A program made the position numbers and the translations under genes. A stretch of DNA of 63,811 bases, the filler included, from Hyphochytrium catenoides (lineage: Eukaryota > Protista > Hyphochytriomycota): NCBI GenBank assembly GCA_900088475.1. It is 7 parts of 7 records of this genome, joined end to end, with 100 filler letters (N's around TTAATTAATTAA, not from the genome) between each part and the next. Parts side by side here need not be neighbours in the genome. Positions count along the whole stretch, not along the records: positions 25,709 to 32,414 come from FLMG01001565.1; positions 32,515 to 53,321 come from FLMG01003651.1; 5 more parts are not named here. The stretch is one strand, 5' to 3'. The notes beneath the pieces were generated by a model. The model had not been told where the DNA came from. It was given only the letters and a program-made list of their open reading frames with translations, and did not search any database. Positions 25,709-39,482 of the stretch are shown in pieces; within the stretch, counting starts at the first letter, position 1; each line of letters begins with the position of its first letter.

Positions 25709-28700
25709 GAGACGACAGTACTCGTAGGCTACGCAGAACGTCTAGTATGTAGTTACTCCGCTTATTAGTTTCTCCAACTAGTAACTAAATAAAAGTAAAA
25801 CCTAACATTCATCAAGGTGTTGTTCTCGTGAGTCAATAAATCAATTTATTTATTGTTCCTTCTAACGAATGTCTCAGCAATGTATTTTATAGAGAAATGG
25901 CTAAGCGTTTCATAGAGGGTCACACGCAGGGTTGAAGGGAGGGAAGGGAGGGACGGGGAGGGAGGAACAGCCACAAGCTACAAAAGCGGCTTCTCATGCT
26001 GCGAGGAACTAGCCCAGATCGACCCTTATAGGTAAAATACTCTAAGAAGAAAACCATGTTGAACATCTTTGACCCTTGGAGAGAGGGGGTTGAAGAATGG
26101 GCAACTTCCACAAGGAATATTTCGCTCTATTGTTCGAGAAAGCTAGAGAGATATATAGAGAGCAGTAGGTACTGCACAGCTATTAAGTGCGAGACAGAGT
26201 AATCTTGAAGGCATGTGGGAGACAGAGTCCCAAGTAGGGAAGAGACAGAATAGAAAAAATATAGTCATTTAGTTCAATGGTGTATACCAGGGATATGCCC
26301 AAAGAAGGGACGAGGTACCAGATCTTCTACCATCTGAGCAACGTGTTTCTGAGAGAACAGGAACGAGAGAAGAAAACAGGCTAATCTTTAAAAAAAGGAC
26401 AAGAGAAGAAAGGAAAGAAAGAGAAATTGAGAGAGAGAGAGAGAGAGAAAAGGAGAAAGAGGAAGAGAGAGAGAGAGACAAAAGAGAGAGAGGCAAAAGA
26501 GAGAGAGACAAAAGAGAGAGAGAGAGAGTGAGAGAGAGAGAGAGAGAGAAAAAAGTGAGAGAGAAAGAGGAAGAGAGAAAAAAGAGAGAGAGAGAGAGAA
26601 AAGAGAGAGAGAGAAAAGAGAGAGAGAGAAAAAAAGAGAAAGAGAGAAAAGGGAGAAGAGCAAGAGAGACATGCAGTTTTGGCCCACCAGCTGGTGGTTC
26701 ACCTTCCATCTGTCCACTCACAGCAAGCAGCCAACGACCTTCAGGCTCTGTCTGGGCCGTTGGCCACGGAGGCGGAGTGATGCATGATGAGATGATGAGT
26801 GAAGAGGAGAAGGACGGCACGTGGCCAAAACGGAAGAACAAGGAAAGGAAAGAGAACCTGAGGAGAGATAATGGCGTGCCTTCTCTTCCTAGTTTGTTCA
26901 GCACGAGCGTGCCTGCTTGCTCGCCTCAACAACGAGTAGCTTTGAGTAGCTTTTGCACACTAGGCACGGCCATCATGGTAGACCATTAATGTTCCCTCTC
27001 CCAGTGTTTCGTTTTCCCCGTTGTTCTTCCCTTTCTCTCTCCTCTTTGCCAAGCGCTCGGTTAACATTGCCACAAAAGCCTACAAGGAGAACGAATGAAC
27101 GTGCTTGGGCCCTTCGTCACAAAAATGAGAGAACTTCATCACGCTGGTTTTCCCGTCCTACTTTCCTCTTTCCTCGTCCTGGGGCCCTAGATGTCCTGCC
27201 GGATTGAGCAGAGAGGGCTTATGTGCCCGTAGAGAGTCGAGATGAGTCTTGGCCTTAGGGTCTCAACCCCACCTTCTAACGGACGAGGAGAGAGTCAGAT
27301 TAAAATTGACATCATCAGCCCACATCCCTCTTAAATATCTATGGCATGTCGAAGGAGAGAGAGAGCAGTGCGTGGTAGGAGAGATAGAGGAAAGAGAAAG
27401 AAAGTGCTTGTGCTATTATTGTTGACGGTTATAGAACGTAGCCAACGACAGACGCAGGAGACTAAAGTCAACAGCAGCAGGGCCCTTGGCCTCTTGCAAG
27501 TGCGGAAGTTCCTCTGAGGCGAGAAGAGCACCTGCTGCTGTCCCACCCTTCTAACTCTCCGCATTGCCCTTCCACTCTCCCCTCAGTTCGCTATGATAAG
27601 GGTTCAAATCGACTCTCTTCTTTCTCATACCATGGTCTGGTCCCCGTTTTCTCTCTTTTCTCCTAAGGTTGGCACCCTCACAGAAAGAGACAGATGAATC
27701 CACTGACCACGTTCCAACATACAGGAGAACGACCGTCACTCTCTCTCTTTCCTTGCCCGATTTCTGCCCACACTCCATCGACGACCCGTCCAGCCTTTGC
27801 AACGATATCAGCGGGCAGAGCGCGCCACCTCAGGCTGGCCATGACTCCTCGCGGTAATGCAGATCTGTGCAGATTCTCTCTTTTGTCTCTCTCTTCCTCT
27901 CTGGCTCACCTCTTTCTGTGTCATCCATTCTCTTTCATTTATCTCTTTCCCTCTCTCCTTCGATAACTTCACCCGGCGCGTGTCCTTCTCTTCGTCTCCT
28001 CTCCCACATCGCCTTTCACTCTAGTGGTTGCAAGCGATTCTAATCATTCAGAAGAGAGAAGACGGCGTTCTTACTACCTTATCGTCGACCTAGGGCGGAC
28101 AATGTGCCAAAATAGAGACCGACGAAGGTCAAGAGAGAGAAGACTCCCCCGCAGGACGTTTCCTGTTTGATATTTTCTCTGCCGTGCTGCGTATATCATA
28201 ATAGGATCATAGGTCTAGACACCAGACTGTGCCTCCCGAAAGGCAACTTCTCTGAGGTCTCTGTGAGTTGGACCGTTCTTTCCTATTAAATGCCTCTGTC
28301 CAGTACTGTCTCACGGCACGTTCAGCTGGGCTTGTCTCTAGAAGAGATCAAGAGAGAGGGAGAGGCAGAAGCAGTTGCTGACCACATCGACTGAGGTGGC
28401 CGGTCCTAAAGACGGTAGCCCTACTACCTAGTGAAGCGCCTCTTCGTCCAACCTTGACAACCAGTCATTTGGTGGGCAGTTCCCCACGCGCAGAAGCACG
28501 ACGCGGGAAGAGAGAAGAGGTGAAGGAGACTGTCTTACCTCATCCAGGGCGACAGGCGCTCACCAGTACTACTTATCTTGTTTGCGTTCCAAGCAGCAGT
28601 AGGCCTTGGCCTAAGGCCATCAGTTACTAATCTCCCTTGCGCTTTCTAACATCGAGACCCGAAGCTGCTTCGTACCAACAACGAGATAGACAACAAGGAA

Positions 28701-28930
28701 CTACCTGGGCCTAGAGCCTTCATCATTCACTTCCTCGGTTCTTACTACTGCAACTAGAAGAGGAAAAGTCTGAGAGCAACGCCTAACCAACAACAGCCAG
28801 GAGCACTAAAGAATGCTGTCTCCTTAGAGCTACCGAGCCTGTTAACCTTGACAACCCTAGCCCGGCGCCATCAACAACTTTTGAGGTCCTTGCTCCTTCA
28901 AGACAAAGCTTGTCCTGTGGTGCCGTGGGG

Positions 28931-30010
28931 ATGAGGTCTCCCGGCGGGAACATCATGACGCCGTATAATGAAGATCTTGCAATTCAAGAGGAACCGACCG
29001 AGAGCACCAGACGAAGCACAGGAGGAAGAGAAGAGGCGAAAGAATACTTTTCATCTTCTCAGTATGCAGAGCGCCTTTCCTTCTCCTCCAGTTCGCGGCC
29101 TTATCCTCCCACAACTTCAGCAGTTAGCCAGCGTCGTGTAGGAGGCGAGTGGCCAAGACGAGCAGAAGAGAAGGAGAGCTGCCCACGGGAAGCGTGGCGA
29201 CCTCCTACGGCGCGTAATAACGGCCAAAGCCGAGAGGAGAGATGTTCTTCACCATCTTCGCTCTCACGTTCGAGCTCCCAAGTTACTTCGTCATTCGCTC
29301 CCTCTTTCTATCTCTCCTCCTCTTCCCAAGCTCCTTCGTCACCATCGTCTTCTTCTGTCTCATCCTTTATTGAGAACAAGAGAACCGCTGGAGGCATAGG
29401 AAGGCCAGAAGGAAGACGAGTGCCCCTACTTAGCTTAACCGGTAGAAAACATTCTGGTTCTTCCTCATCTTCGTCTATAGCAATGCCAAGCACAACGGCG
29501 GAGGAAGGAGACGCAACGACCACGACAATGACCGCAGCGACTACCAGCAGCAGGACTCGAGCAGCTTCGCAGGAGGCTCGTCCGCCTTCTTCTGGCTCCT
29601 CTTCCGCTGCCTCCTCTGCAGCTCATTCAGGCGGCATCATCTTTGCCCGCCGGTCCCATGCTGATCCAAGTATTCCTAGAAAGAGGCGCTGCACCTTCCC
29701 TGGCTGCTCTAAGAAAGCCGTGAGGGGCAAGCTCTGTGTGGGTCACGGGGCGGAAGTGAAGCTGTGTGCTGTCCCTTCCTGTCCTAACCAGGCAGTTCGC
29801 AGCGGAGTTTGCATCGCTCACGGTGCCAGAGTAAATCGTTGTCCCCTGGTTGGTTGTGAGGAGCGGGCGCATAAGGCGAGAGGTCTTTGCCTGCAGCACG
29901 CGGAGGCCTCAGAATGCCTTAAGTGCCGCCTGCCAGGCTGTATGCGACGGGCCAAGATTCAAGGCTTCTGTCTGTCTCATGCAAGGAGCAGAGGACGCTG
30001 GAGGAAGTGA
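28931..30010 (+). CDS. Ser-rich protein with four C-terminal WRKY19-like zinc-finger repeats (C-x4-C-x9/10-C-x2-H)
   Basis: Repeats CTFPGC..LCVGHG, CAVPSC..VCIAHG, CPLVGC..LCLQHA and CRLPGC..FCLSHA, preceded by an NLS-like PRKRR. No WRKYGQK motif. Single exon. Confidence 0.8.
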   Translation: MRSPGGNIMTPYNEDLAIQEEPTESTRRSTGGREEAKEYFSSSQYAERLSFSSSSRPYPPTTSAVSQRRVGGEWPRRAEEKESCPREAWRPPTARNNGQSREERCSSPSSLSRSSSQVTSSFAPSFYLSSSSQAPSSPSSSSVSSFIENKRTAGGIGRPEGRRVPLLSLTGRKHSGSSSSSSIAMPSTTAEEGDATTTTMTAATTSSRTRAASQEARPPSSGSSSAASSAAHSGGIIFARRSHADPSIPRKRRCTFPGCSKKAVRGKLCVGHGAEVKLCAVPSCPNQAVRSGVCIAHGARVNRCPLVGCEERAHKARGLCLQHAEASECLKCRLPGCMRRAKIQGFCLSHARSRGRWRK

Positions 30011-32514
30011 GCTCCTCCGCTCGGCTCATCCCCTACTAGCCAATCTGGATATGTGATAGTCTGAGAGGAGGAGTTACTGCTGCTGGAATCGGAAGGAGTA
30101 GCAAGGGGCAGTCTGTCCCTGCTTTGGTCGTCCTCTCCCTGTCTCCTTCGCTGAAAAGAAGCAACCTGTCATCCTATTATACGCAACATCCAGGCCATAG
30201 CTGGCCGCGATCAATCGATGTTGTCCTCCAATTTGGCGGCAGAACTTTGTAGGCATCATGGCAGAGACAGGATGATGATCTTCCAGCCAAAAAAGAAGAC
30301 AGCAGTACTCTATCGACTGGGGACGAGACTGCAGCAGTCGCTGAGACTAATTGACAGAGGAGCAGACGTCATTATAGTTAGCAATAGGAAGCGGAGCGAG
30401 AGGCAACAACAAAGGCGACCCTAGCGACTATGATGATAGGAATCAATTTTGAATGACAGCGCGTCCATAAGACGGACGATTTTTGAAAATGTGAAAAGAG
30501 ACGCCGGAGTGACGGCGGATCATCTATATAATTATATAACGCACTGCTATTTACTTTTTATAATCTCCCGCTGCTGCCTCCTCCATCCTCCTTCTGCCTC
30601 TTCTTCTCACGGCTAAGAATTCTTATCCGTCTCTTCTTGCTGTCCTCCACTATATCACTGTCCCGCCCCCGCCGCATCACCTGTACATGCGTCTTTGCCG
30701 CCGCGTCACCTGTCCTCCCGCGCCGGCTGCTGCTGCTGTGCTGCTTTGGGCAGCGCCTCCTCCTCCTGATGATCATCCACTTCTTTGGCCTCTGTTGGCT
30801 TCCTCTTCTTCGGTCTTCTGTTCTCCCAACAATCCATAGCTTATTGCTGGCCATACATCATAGAATAGAAAGCAAAGAGCTCGACCAAGAGACGGAGGAG
30901 ATGTCGTGAGTCACCATCATCTTCTTCTCTATGCAATGCATGGTAGAGACTGCTTACTCAGGAGCGAGGCTCCATGAGGACCTTTGTCTTCGTCTTGAAG
31001 GAACTCAGCCCGTCTGGCTTCTCTCCCACTCTCTCTTTCCTCTTCTCTCTCTCTCGCCTTTGCTATTCCCTTCCTCTATATTCCTCTTTCTCCCTTATCG
31101 TTTCTCTCTCTTTTTTCCTCTCTCTCTCTCTCTCTGGTCGGTTTTTCTTCTAGCGTCTCTCTCTTGCTCTCTCATCTGTTAGTCTCTCTCCCTCTCTCTT
31201 GCTGTCTCTCTCTCTCTCTCTCTCTGTCTCTCTCGGTGTCTCTCTGTCTGTCTCTCTCTCCTTCCACCCGATCTTCTCTCTCACTCTCTGTGTTTATCTA
31301 TCTATTATCTGTCTCGACCTCTTTTATCTATTGTGTTATCTATTTGTCTGTCTCTGTCTGTCTCTGTGTCTCTCTGCCTCTCTCTGTCTCTCGCTCACTC
31401 AGTCACACACATGGCACCACTACAGTATTCTCCTACGAGTACAGGGTAATAACGTTATTAGGGCTAATGGAAGTTCCACGCAAGAGCTTGATACCCAATC
31501 ATTAACCGAGATAAACGTATTTGTTATGGTAAGGAGAAGATTTTACCCAACAAATTCGCCGCCACGTTTGTGATAAACCTTTGGGGGGTTTGGACCCCCG
31601 TGGATGGGTGGGCGGAGGTGTTTTGGCTGGGATAAACAATTATAGGAGGTTGGCGCTTCAGGCGGGTGGGCTCTCACATTCAGAAGAAGGGGGGGGGCGA
31701 GGGGCGATCTGGGCTGTGAAAGGAGACACAGAGGAGAGGGGAGGGAGAGGATGGATAAGGTTTTTGTGTAGGGAGAAAGACAGAGAGATTGTGGGGGTGG
31801 AAGGAAGAGTCAGGAAGAGATAAGAGGTGAGGAATAAAGAAGAAGAGAGGAACTACATTGTTATCAGCTATATATAAAAGCGACAGAGTAAGCCTCAGTT
31901 GAGAGACAGAGGAGATGTAAAGAGACAGGAGTCAAGTTGGGGAGATACCGTAGCAGTGCGGATCTATGGGGAGGGGGGAGTTCTACCTCCTCTCCGGGTA
32001 TGTGTGGCCTCCCCTCCTCTCTGCCACCTGATATGCCTACTCTTTTTCCTGGCAGAACATGAGGAGGAAGAGAAAGAGCCTTGCGGAGGTGAGACAGAGT
32101 AGATGACATACAGCTAAACATTTAGTGGATGCATCAAGCTAGATATTTTGCTAATAGATTGAGATGCTGAGAGGATGTCTGGTACAAGAGTCCTTCGATG
32201 CACAGACAGAGTGTCGAGAGATGAGAAAGTAGATGCTTTATTTAACCGTTATGAAAAAGGAAGAATTGTCCGAGGTGCGGTTCACCTGTAGACTACAGGC
32301 TCTTTTAGTTCTTGCCGTTTAGGGCTTGATGAAGCCAGCTGGTTGGTCTCTTGAGCCAATCCTTCCTCTCTCTTCGTTCCTCTTCTCTCTCCCTCCCCCC
32401 TCTCTCTCTCTCTCNNNNNNNNNNNNNNNNNNNNNNNNNNNNNNNNNNNNNNNNNNNNTTAATTAATTAANNNNNNNNNNNNNNNNNNNNNNNNNNNNNN
32501 NNNNNNNNNNNNNN

Positions 32515-33409
32515 GTGGACGGTCAAATCCCTTCCGACAGTGCCGCTAAACCCGTCGAAGGCCAAAACCCTGTTGACGGAGCTAAGCCAGTGGAAGAAAA
32601 TCCTGTGGCAGGTCTGCAGTCTGCCGGCCCCGCAACTCCTCTCGCTACTTCTCCACAGCAGTCCGTTGCTCCAACCTCCTTTGGGAGCGGCGTGGTACAG
32701 CAGGTTGCCAATCAGAAGCTTAACCTTGTAGGTGCTGTTGTCAACACTGGGCTCCAGATCGGCGCCTCACTGGTTCATCTCGGTGTTGCTCTTGTGGCCA
32801 ACCAGATCGGCTATCAGAGACAGCGGGACTTTTACAACGGATACGTCCAGGGCTACATTGGTGCTCTAACTGGCCAGCCCTTCTACGTCCCTACCGGCAA
32901 CCTGTACTATCCATTCCCTTACAACGGCATCTATCCCAACTACCTCTACCGCCCCATCTACAACTCTCCGTGGGGATTCAACGCAGGTGTTGGAGGATAC
33001 GCGCTGTCCTCAGCTACAGCCTTCGCCTTCTCTAGAAACAACTTCTTCGGATTCGGGTACAATCGCGGCTTCTCTTNNNNNNNNNNNNNNNNNNNNNNNN
33101 NNNNNNNNNNNNNNNNNNNNNNNNNNNNNNNNNNNNNNNNNNNNNNNNNNNNACGAGAGTCGCTACTCCTCTCCTGCTCCTGTCCAGGTGATCTACGTGA
33201 ACAAGCCCACTGGTGCCGTCCCTGTTCCTCGCCCTGTCCCAAGCAGCAGACCTGTCACCGTTGTCATCATGCCTCGCCCTATCCCTCACCCCACCAACAG
33301 CACTAACAGCACCATGACTAACCAGACCCGTCCACTGACAACGCCCGCCGGAACCGCCGCCTCTGCTCCTCGCCGTTTGCTTATGCTACGCAACGCCAAC
33401 ACTATGTAA
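32515..33409 (+). CDS. Hypothetical Tyr/Gly/Pro/Asn-rich protein (5' truncated, internal N gap)
   Basis: Open frame from the contig start with biased codon usage. Contains AKPVE repeats, an amphipathic/hydrophobic segment and a Y/G/P-rich block. After the gap there is a Pro/Thr-rich tail ending in TAA at 33407-33409. Confidence 0.6.
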
Positions 33410-34172
33410 GACAGCATCAAGCTGCCGCCATAAGTTATAACTTTAGAAGTCTTTATTAATGCATGATAATCTCAGAAAAATGAGTAGCCATTGACTATCG
33501 TTCAGACCCTGCAGTGCCCTTCAGTGACTGCTCTTTACTTCCAATCAACTTCACCAAATATCTCCGACTTCTCAATGTCCTTGCTTGCCTCTTCTTTAGA
33601 GACAAGAACACCTCTTCTCTTCACGCCCACGCGCATCATCAATATAATAGCCCGTACACAGTTCCGCCATCTGCAATACCAACGCTCGCTAATAGCAATA
33701 TCCCTCTCTGGCACTCAAACCTCTCCATGCCCGTTTGAATCACACGATACCAACGCTCCCTAACAGCAATATCCGTTTCTGCCACTAGAGCTCTCAACCC
33801 TTCCGCGCCCGTATGAGCCACATGAGCCGACAGAGAAAGACGCGAGCTTTATCGTCTCTATACGCCCCGAACGGGGGTTTCCTAGTTTATTGATGTACAC
33901 GAACATCCTCAGCCTTCAAAATGAAAAGAGCGAGAAAGTCTGATAGAGCTTCCTCTGATGACAAGTAGAGAACATAAGGGAGAGTCTGGCACCCTAAATA
34001 TTGCGAACGGCCAACGAATACAGCGCCAGGCCCCCTCGTCCCCGCATGGTTCTCATAGATAATGGCAGCACTCACATAAGGATCATGCTCCTCTTTCAAC
34101 TCTATGGTGCATTTAGCTAGAGTTGTGCTGGATAGATTTGGGAGATAAGAGACCTCTTCATTTGTTGCTCTA

Positions 34173-36099
34173 TCACTGCTTGTTTCCCTTATGACCATGC
34201 TTGTGTTTCTTTCCACTATGTTGATGTCCGCCAGCAGAACCCTAGTCAGCGGGGAGAAAGTAGAGAGAGCACGATATGCCTTTTAGTCTCTTGGTGCAGG
34301 ATGAATGAAGAGGCACGAGAGTGGAAGGCTAGGACAGAGTGTTTCGCCGTTATGACTCGTATGCAAGCAACCGCCAGAAAACGCTCTGGCTTCGTAAAGG
34401 GCGGAGATTAAGCACCAAGGCGCACCCAGGCACGAAATGCAAGCAGCCTTAAGGACGGCAAAGGAAATGGCAAGGCCAGAAAAAACTTCTGACAGGATTG
34501 CCACAAAATTTGCTCTACCAACGCGTCTGGACCCACTTTGAACCAAAGACACCAAGCCCAGCCAAGGCTGAGAAGGGTCTCAAAGAGAGCAATAAGCATT
34601 GGAACATAAAGAGTTTTAAGGAACCTGACAAATAGATAGAGATAAAGAAGAAGAATACCTGAGCTTTTTGCTGAGGTTTGCTAGATGGAGTTTGGTGCTG
34701 TTTGTGAGGAGTTTGTCCAGCTTTGTGAGGTGTTTGGCTTTGGCCAGGCTTTCCTCCCCCTGGCTGATTCTGCTTGTTGATAGAGCCAGGCTTGGTTGCG
34801 GACTGCTGACCACCTTGCTTGTTGCCTTGTTGCTGCTTGCTGCCCTTGCCAGGAGTCTGAACGTTCAGCTTCTTGTCTTGTTCTTTCACATGTTGCTTGC
34901 CTGGGGTTTGTTGCGGTTGATTGGGCTTCTTGGCAGCAGGGGAGGCCTGGGTTTTGGACGCTGCTCCTGGCTTCATCTCGCTATCGTCACTCTCGGAGGT
35001 ATCGCTGCTCTCTTCGTCACTCTCTTCCTACAGATAGACGTCCCGGGCAAGAAGTTAGTTCCCTAAAGAATAGAAGGGTGTTGTGGCAAGCTTGATGCAA
35101 GCGGAGAAACAGCCGCATCAGTGATACAGAAAGAACCGTAGGGTCGGCTCTGTGCAATGAGGCAGATCAGCGAGGTTTCTCCACATCCAGATGCGCTCGA
35201 CGCAAAGTGAACGAGTCACTGCGGAGCTACATATGGCTTCGGAATTTGATAGTATAACGAGCATCATCTCTGCCGGGACTACCAATAAGCGGGACGTCAT
35301 TGCCAAATGAGCAATATAGAGCAGAAGAAGGAAAGATCAGATAAAGTAGCCCAAGGAGGAATCGACTCACTGCCTGGTCCCAAGTGGTCTGGTTAGCTTT
35401 AGCCTTTTTCTGAGGTTGAGCGGATGCCTCCTGGCCTGGTCGTTTCTTAGCAGCAGAAGAGGGCTGCGATTGCTTTGTCTTGTTAGATGTCGAAACCTTT
35501 TTGGGTGACTCATCTTCCTCCTCGCTGTCCGTTTCTCGACTTGCAGAGTCATCTTCACTCTCATCCTCCTCGTCTTCGTCTGCTTGCTGTTCAGGCTTGA
35601 AATCCTCATCCTCGCTTGAGGAGGCATCAGACATCATCATAGAAGACTCGTTGAGAATACCATCCTCGTCGTCGTCGTCATCGTCATCCCCAGGGCCGGG
35701 CTGGAAGTACCCAGTCAGGTGCACGGATCCAGGGCCACCCTTCAGGGTAAAGATTGTGGGGGACTGCCAGTCAAAGACAAGGTCTAGCTTCAGCTGTTCC
35801 ACTTTGTTCGGCCGCAATGTGCCGAGGATGCACTTCTTATTGTACCCATTCATGTCATTAGTCTCTACCATCAGCACGTACTTCTCGCCTTTATCAGCAT
35901 CCAGGGCGGCCTGCAAATGACGGAGCATCGGAAAGTTAGCCGCATAGGGAGGCTACTGTCCTGTGCACTGACAGCGCCGCGGGAGGAAACGGAGAAAGAT
36001 AACACTTACAATTTGCAGGTTCAGGACAAATCCATCGGGCGGATGGACCTTCACAGGCTTCTTCTCCGAGACCACATCTCCCCAGAAAGCGACCATCAT
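34173..36099 (-). CDS. Nucleoplasmin-like (NPL) domain acidic nucleolar protein / histone chaperone of HD2/FKBP-NPL type, 4 exons; snoRNA host
   Basis: MMVAFWG start, ILGTL....VEQLKLDLVF and GPGSVHLTGY NPL core, D/E tracts, and a Q/K/G-rich tail with repeated TPxK. Last exon GSAGGHQHSGKKHKHGHKGNKQ*. No FKBP or C2H2 domain seen. Confidence 0.85.
34337..34572 (-). ncRNA. Candidate intronic box H/ACA snoRNA (long, three-hairpin) targeting LSU rRNA helix 69
   Basis: 5' hairpin, then H box AGAGCA (34516-34511), an internal hairpin TGGCAA/TTGCCA, and a 3' domain closed by TTTGCCGT/ACGGCGAA directly followed by ACA+3 nt. Pocket strands CCTTAAGG and GAGTCATA are complementary to conserved LSU UAUGACUCUCUUAAGG. 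Confidence 0.7.
35161..35274 (-). ncRNA. Candidate intronic box C/D snoRNA
   Basis: A perfect 6-bp terminal stem GGCAGA/TCTGCC encloses a C-like box ATGATGc and D box CTGA with canonical spacing. Guide TACTATCAAAT, before a D'-like CCGA, is complementary to 18S AUUUGAUAGUA (recalled sequence). Confidence 0.7.
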
Positions 36100-36956
36100 C
36101 CTGCTTGAATACAAGACCGATGGAACTACTATACAAGTGGATGCCTGACCTTCCAGTTAAGAGCCTTTCTTGTCTTTCAGGCTCCTCCTGCTTAGGGCGA
36201 TGGATGCCGTCGACCTGCCGGCCTTATCCACACTAGGGCACAGAGCTAGTGATGACCTTCATCTGATGATGATGATGATGATAGATAGATCTATTGACCG
36301 GACAGACGAGAGGTTCCGGTTGCTCTTGAAATCTTTGTTGGTGCCGGCGATGGCGGGGCGCGGAACCTTCCTTCCTTGGTCCTCTCCAAACCAACCAACC
36401 AACACACAGAACGAGAGGACCTGGGGGAGCTCTAGAAAGAGAGATAATCAAGGATTCTCCGGACGTGATTACCTTATAAACTACGATAAGAGGGGCCACG
36501 GCTAGCCGTTAGCGGTCCCACCAAAGGCTTTTGGAAGATCTTTGAGTGACAGAATCCTGCTTTGAGATCTCTCTCGCTTTATCTCCCTCACTCTTTCTCT
36601 CTCTTTCTGTCTCTCTTTCTCTTCCCTTCCCCCCTCCTCTCTCTCTCTTGCGCGCGCTTGCGCTTTCTCTCTCCTCTCTCTCTCTCTCTCTCTCGCTCGC
36701 TTTCGCTCTTTCTCTCACCGCTGTCTCTCGCTCTCCCTCTGCAGGGAGGTCCCTCATAGATTCCTATCTCATCATAATAAAGACCTGCATGAGCACATGA
36801 GAGCACTGCTTCAGCACCAGCTCTGCGTCCGGTTCCGAAGGCGACAGCCCACATCATCTAGGTTTTCTATAAGCAAACAGGGGTTGTACGCTGCCGAGAG
36901 TGCTTTTGACCTCATCTTTCTTTGATATCCTCCCTACCGGAAGAAAGCGAAGAGCG

Positions 36957-39286
<2,330 letters not shown>

Positions 39287-39482
39287 GACAATAGGATATG
39301 CCTAGGACTCTTCCCCACTGTCTCTGTTACAGCACAGAGACAGGAAGTGAGGAACAGATCGATAGTGAGGCATATAAATGATAAAAAAGTGGGCTCTAGT
39401 CTGAATAAGAATGTGAATAAGAATGTGAAAAGGAGGATAGTAAATAGTTCACTCTTCGTAGAGAAACTGCTGGTGCGGTGGG

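Noticed and set aside
25920-27640. Possible minus-strand multi-exon gene
   Set aside because: Exon-like fragments exist, but I could not assemble a consistent frame or recognise a domain.
31859-32120. TGTT...AACA-bounded segment with a TATA box, a possible solo LTR
   Set aside because: No target-site duplication, no second copy and no convincing PBS.
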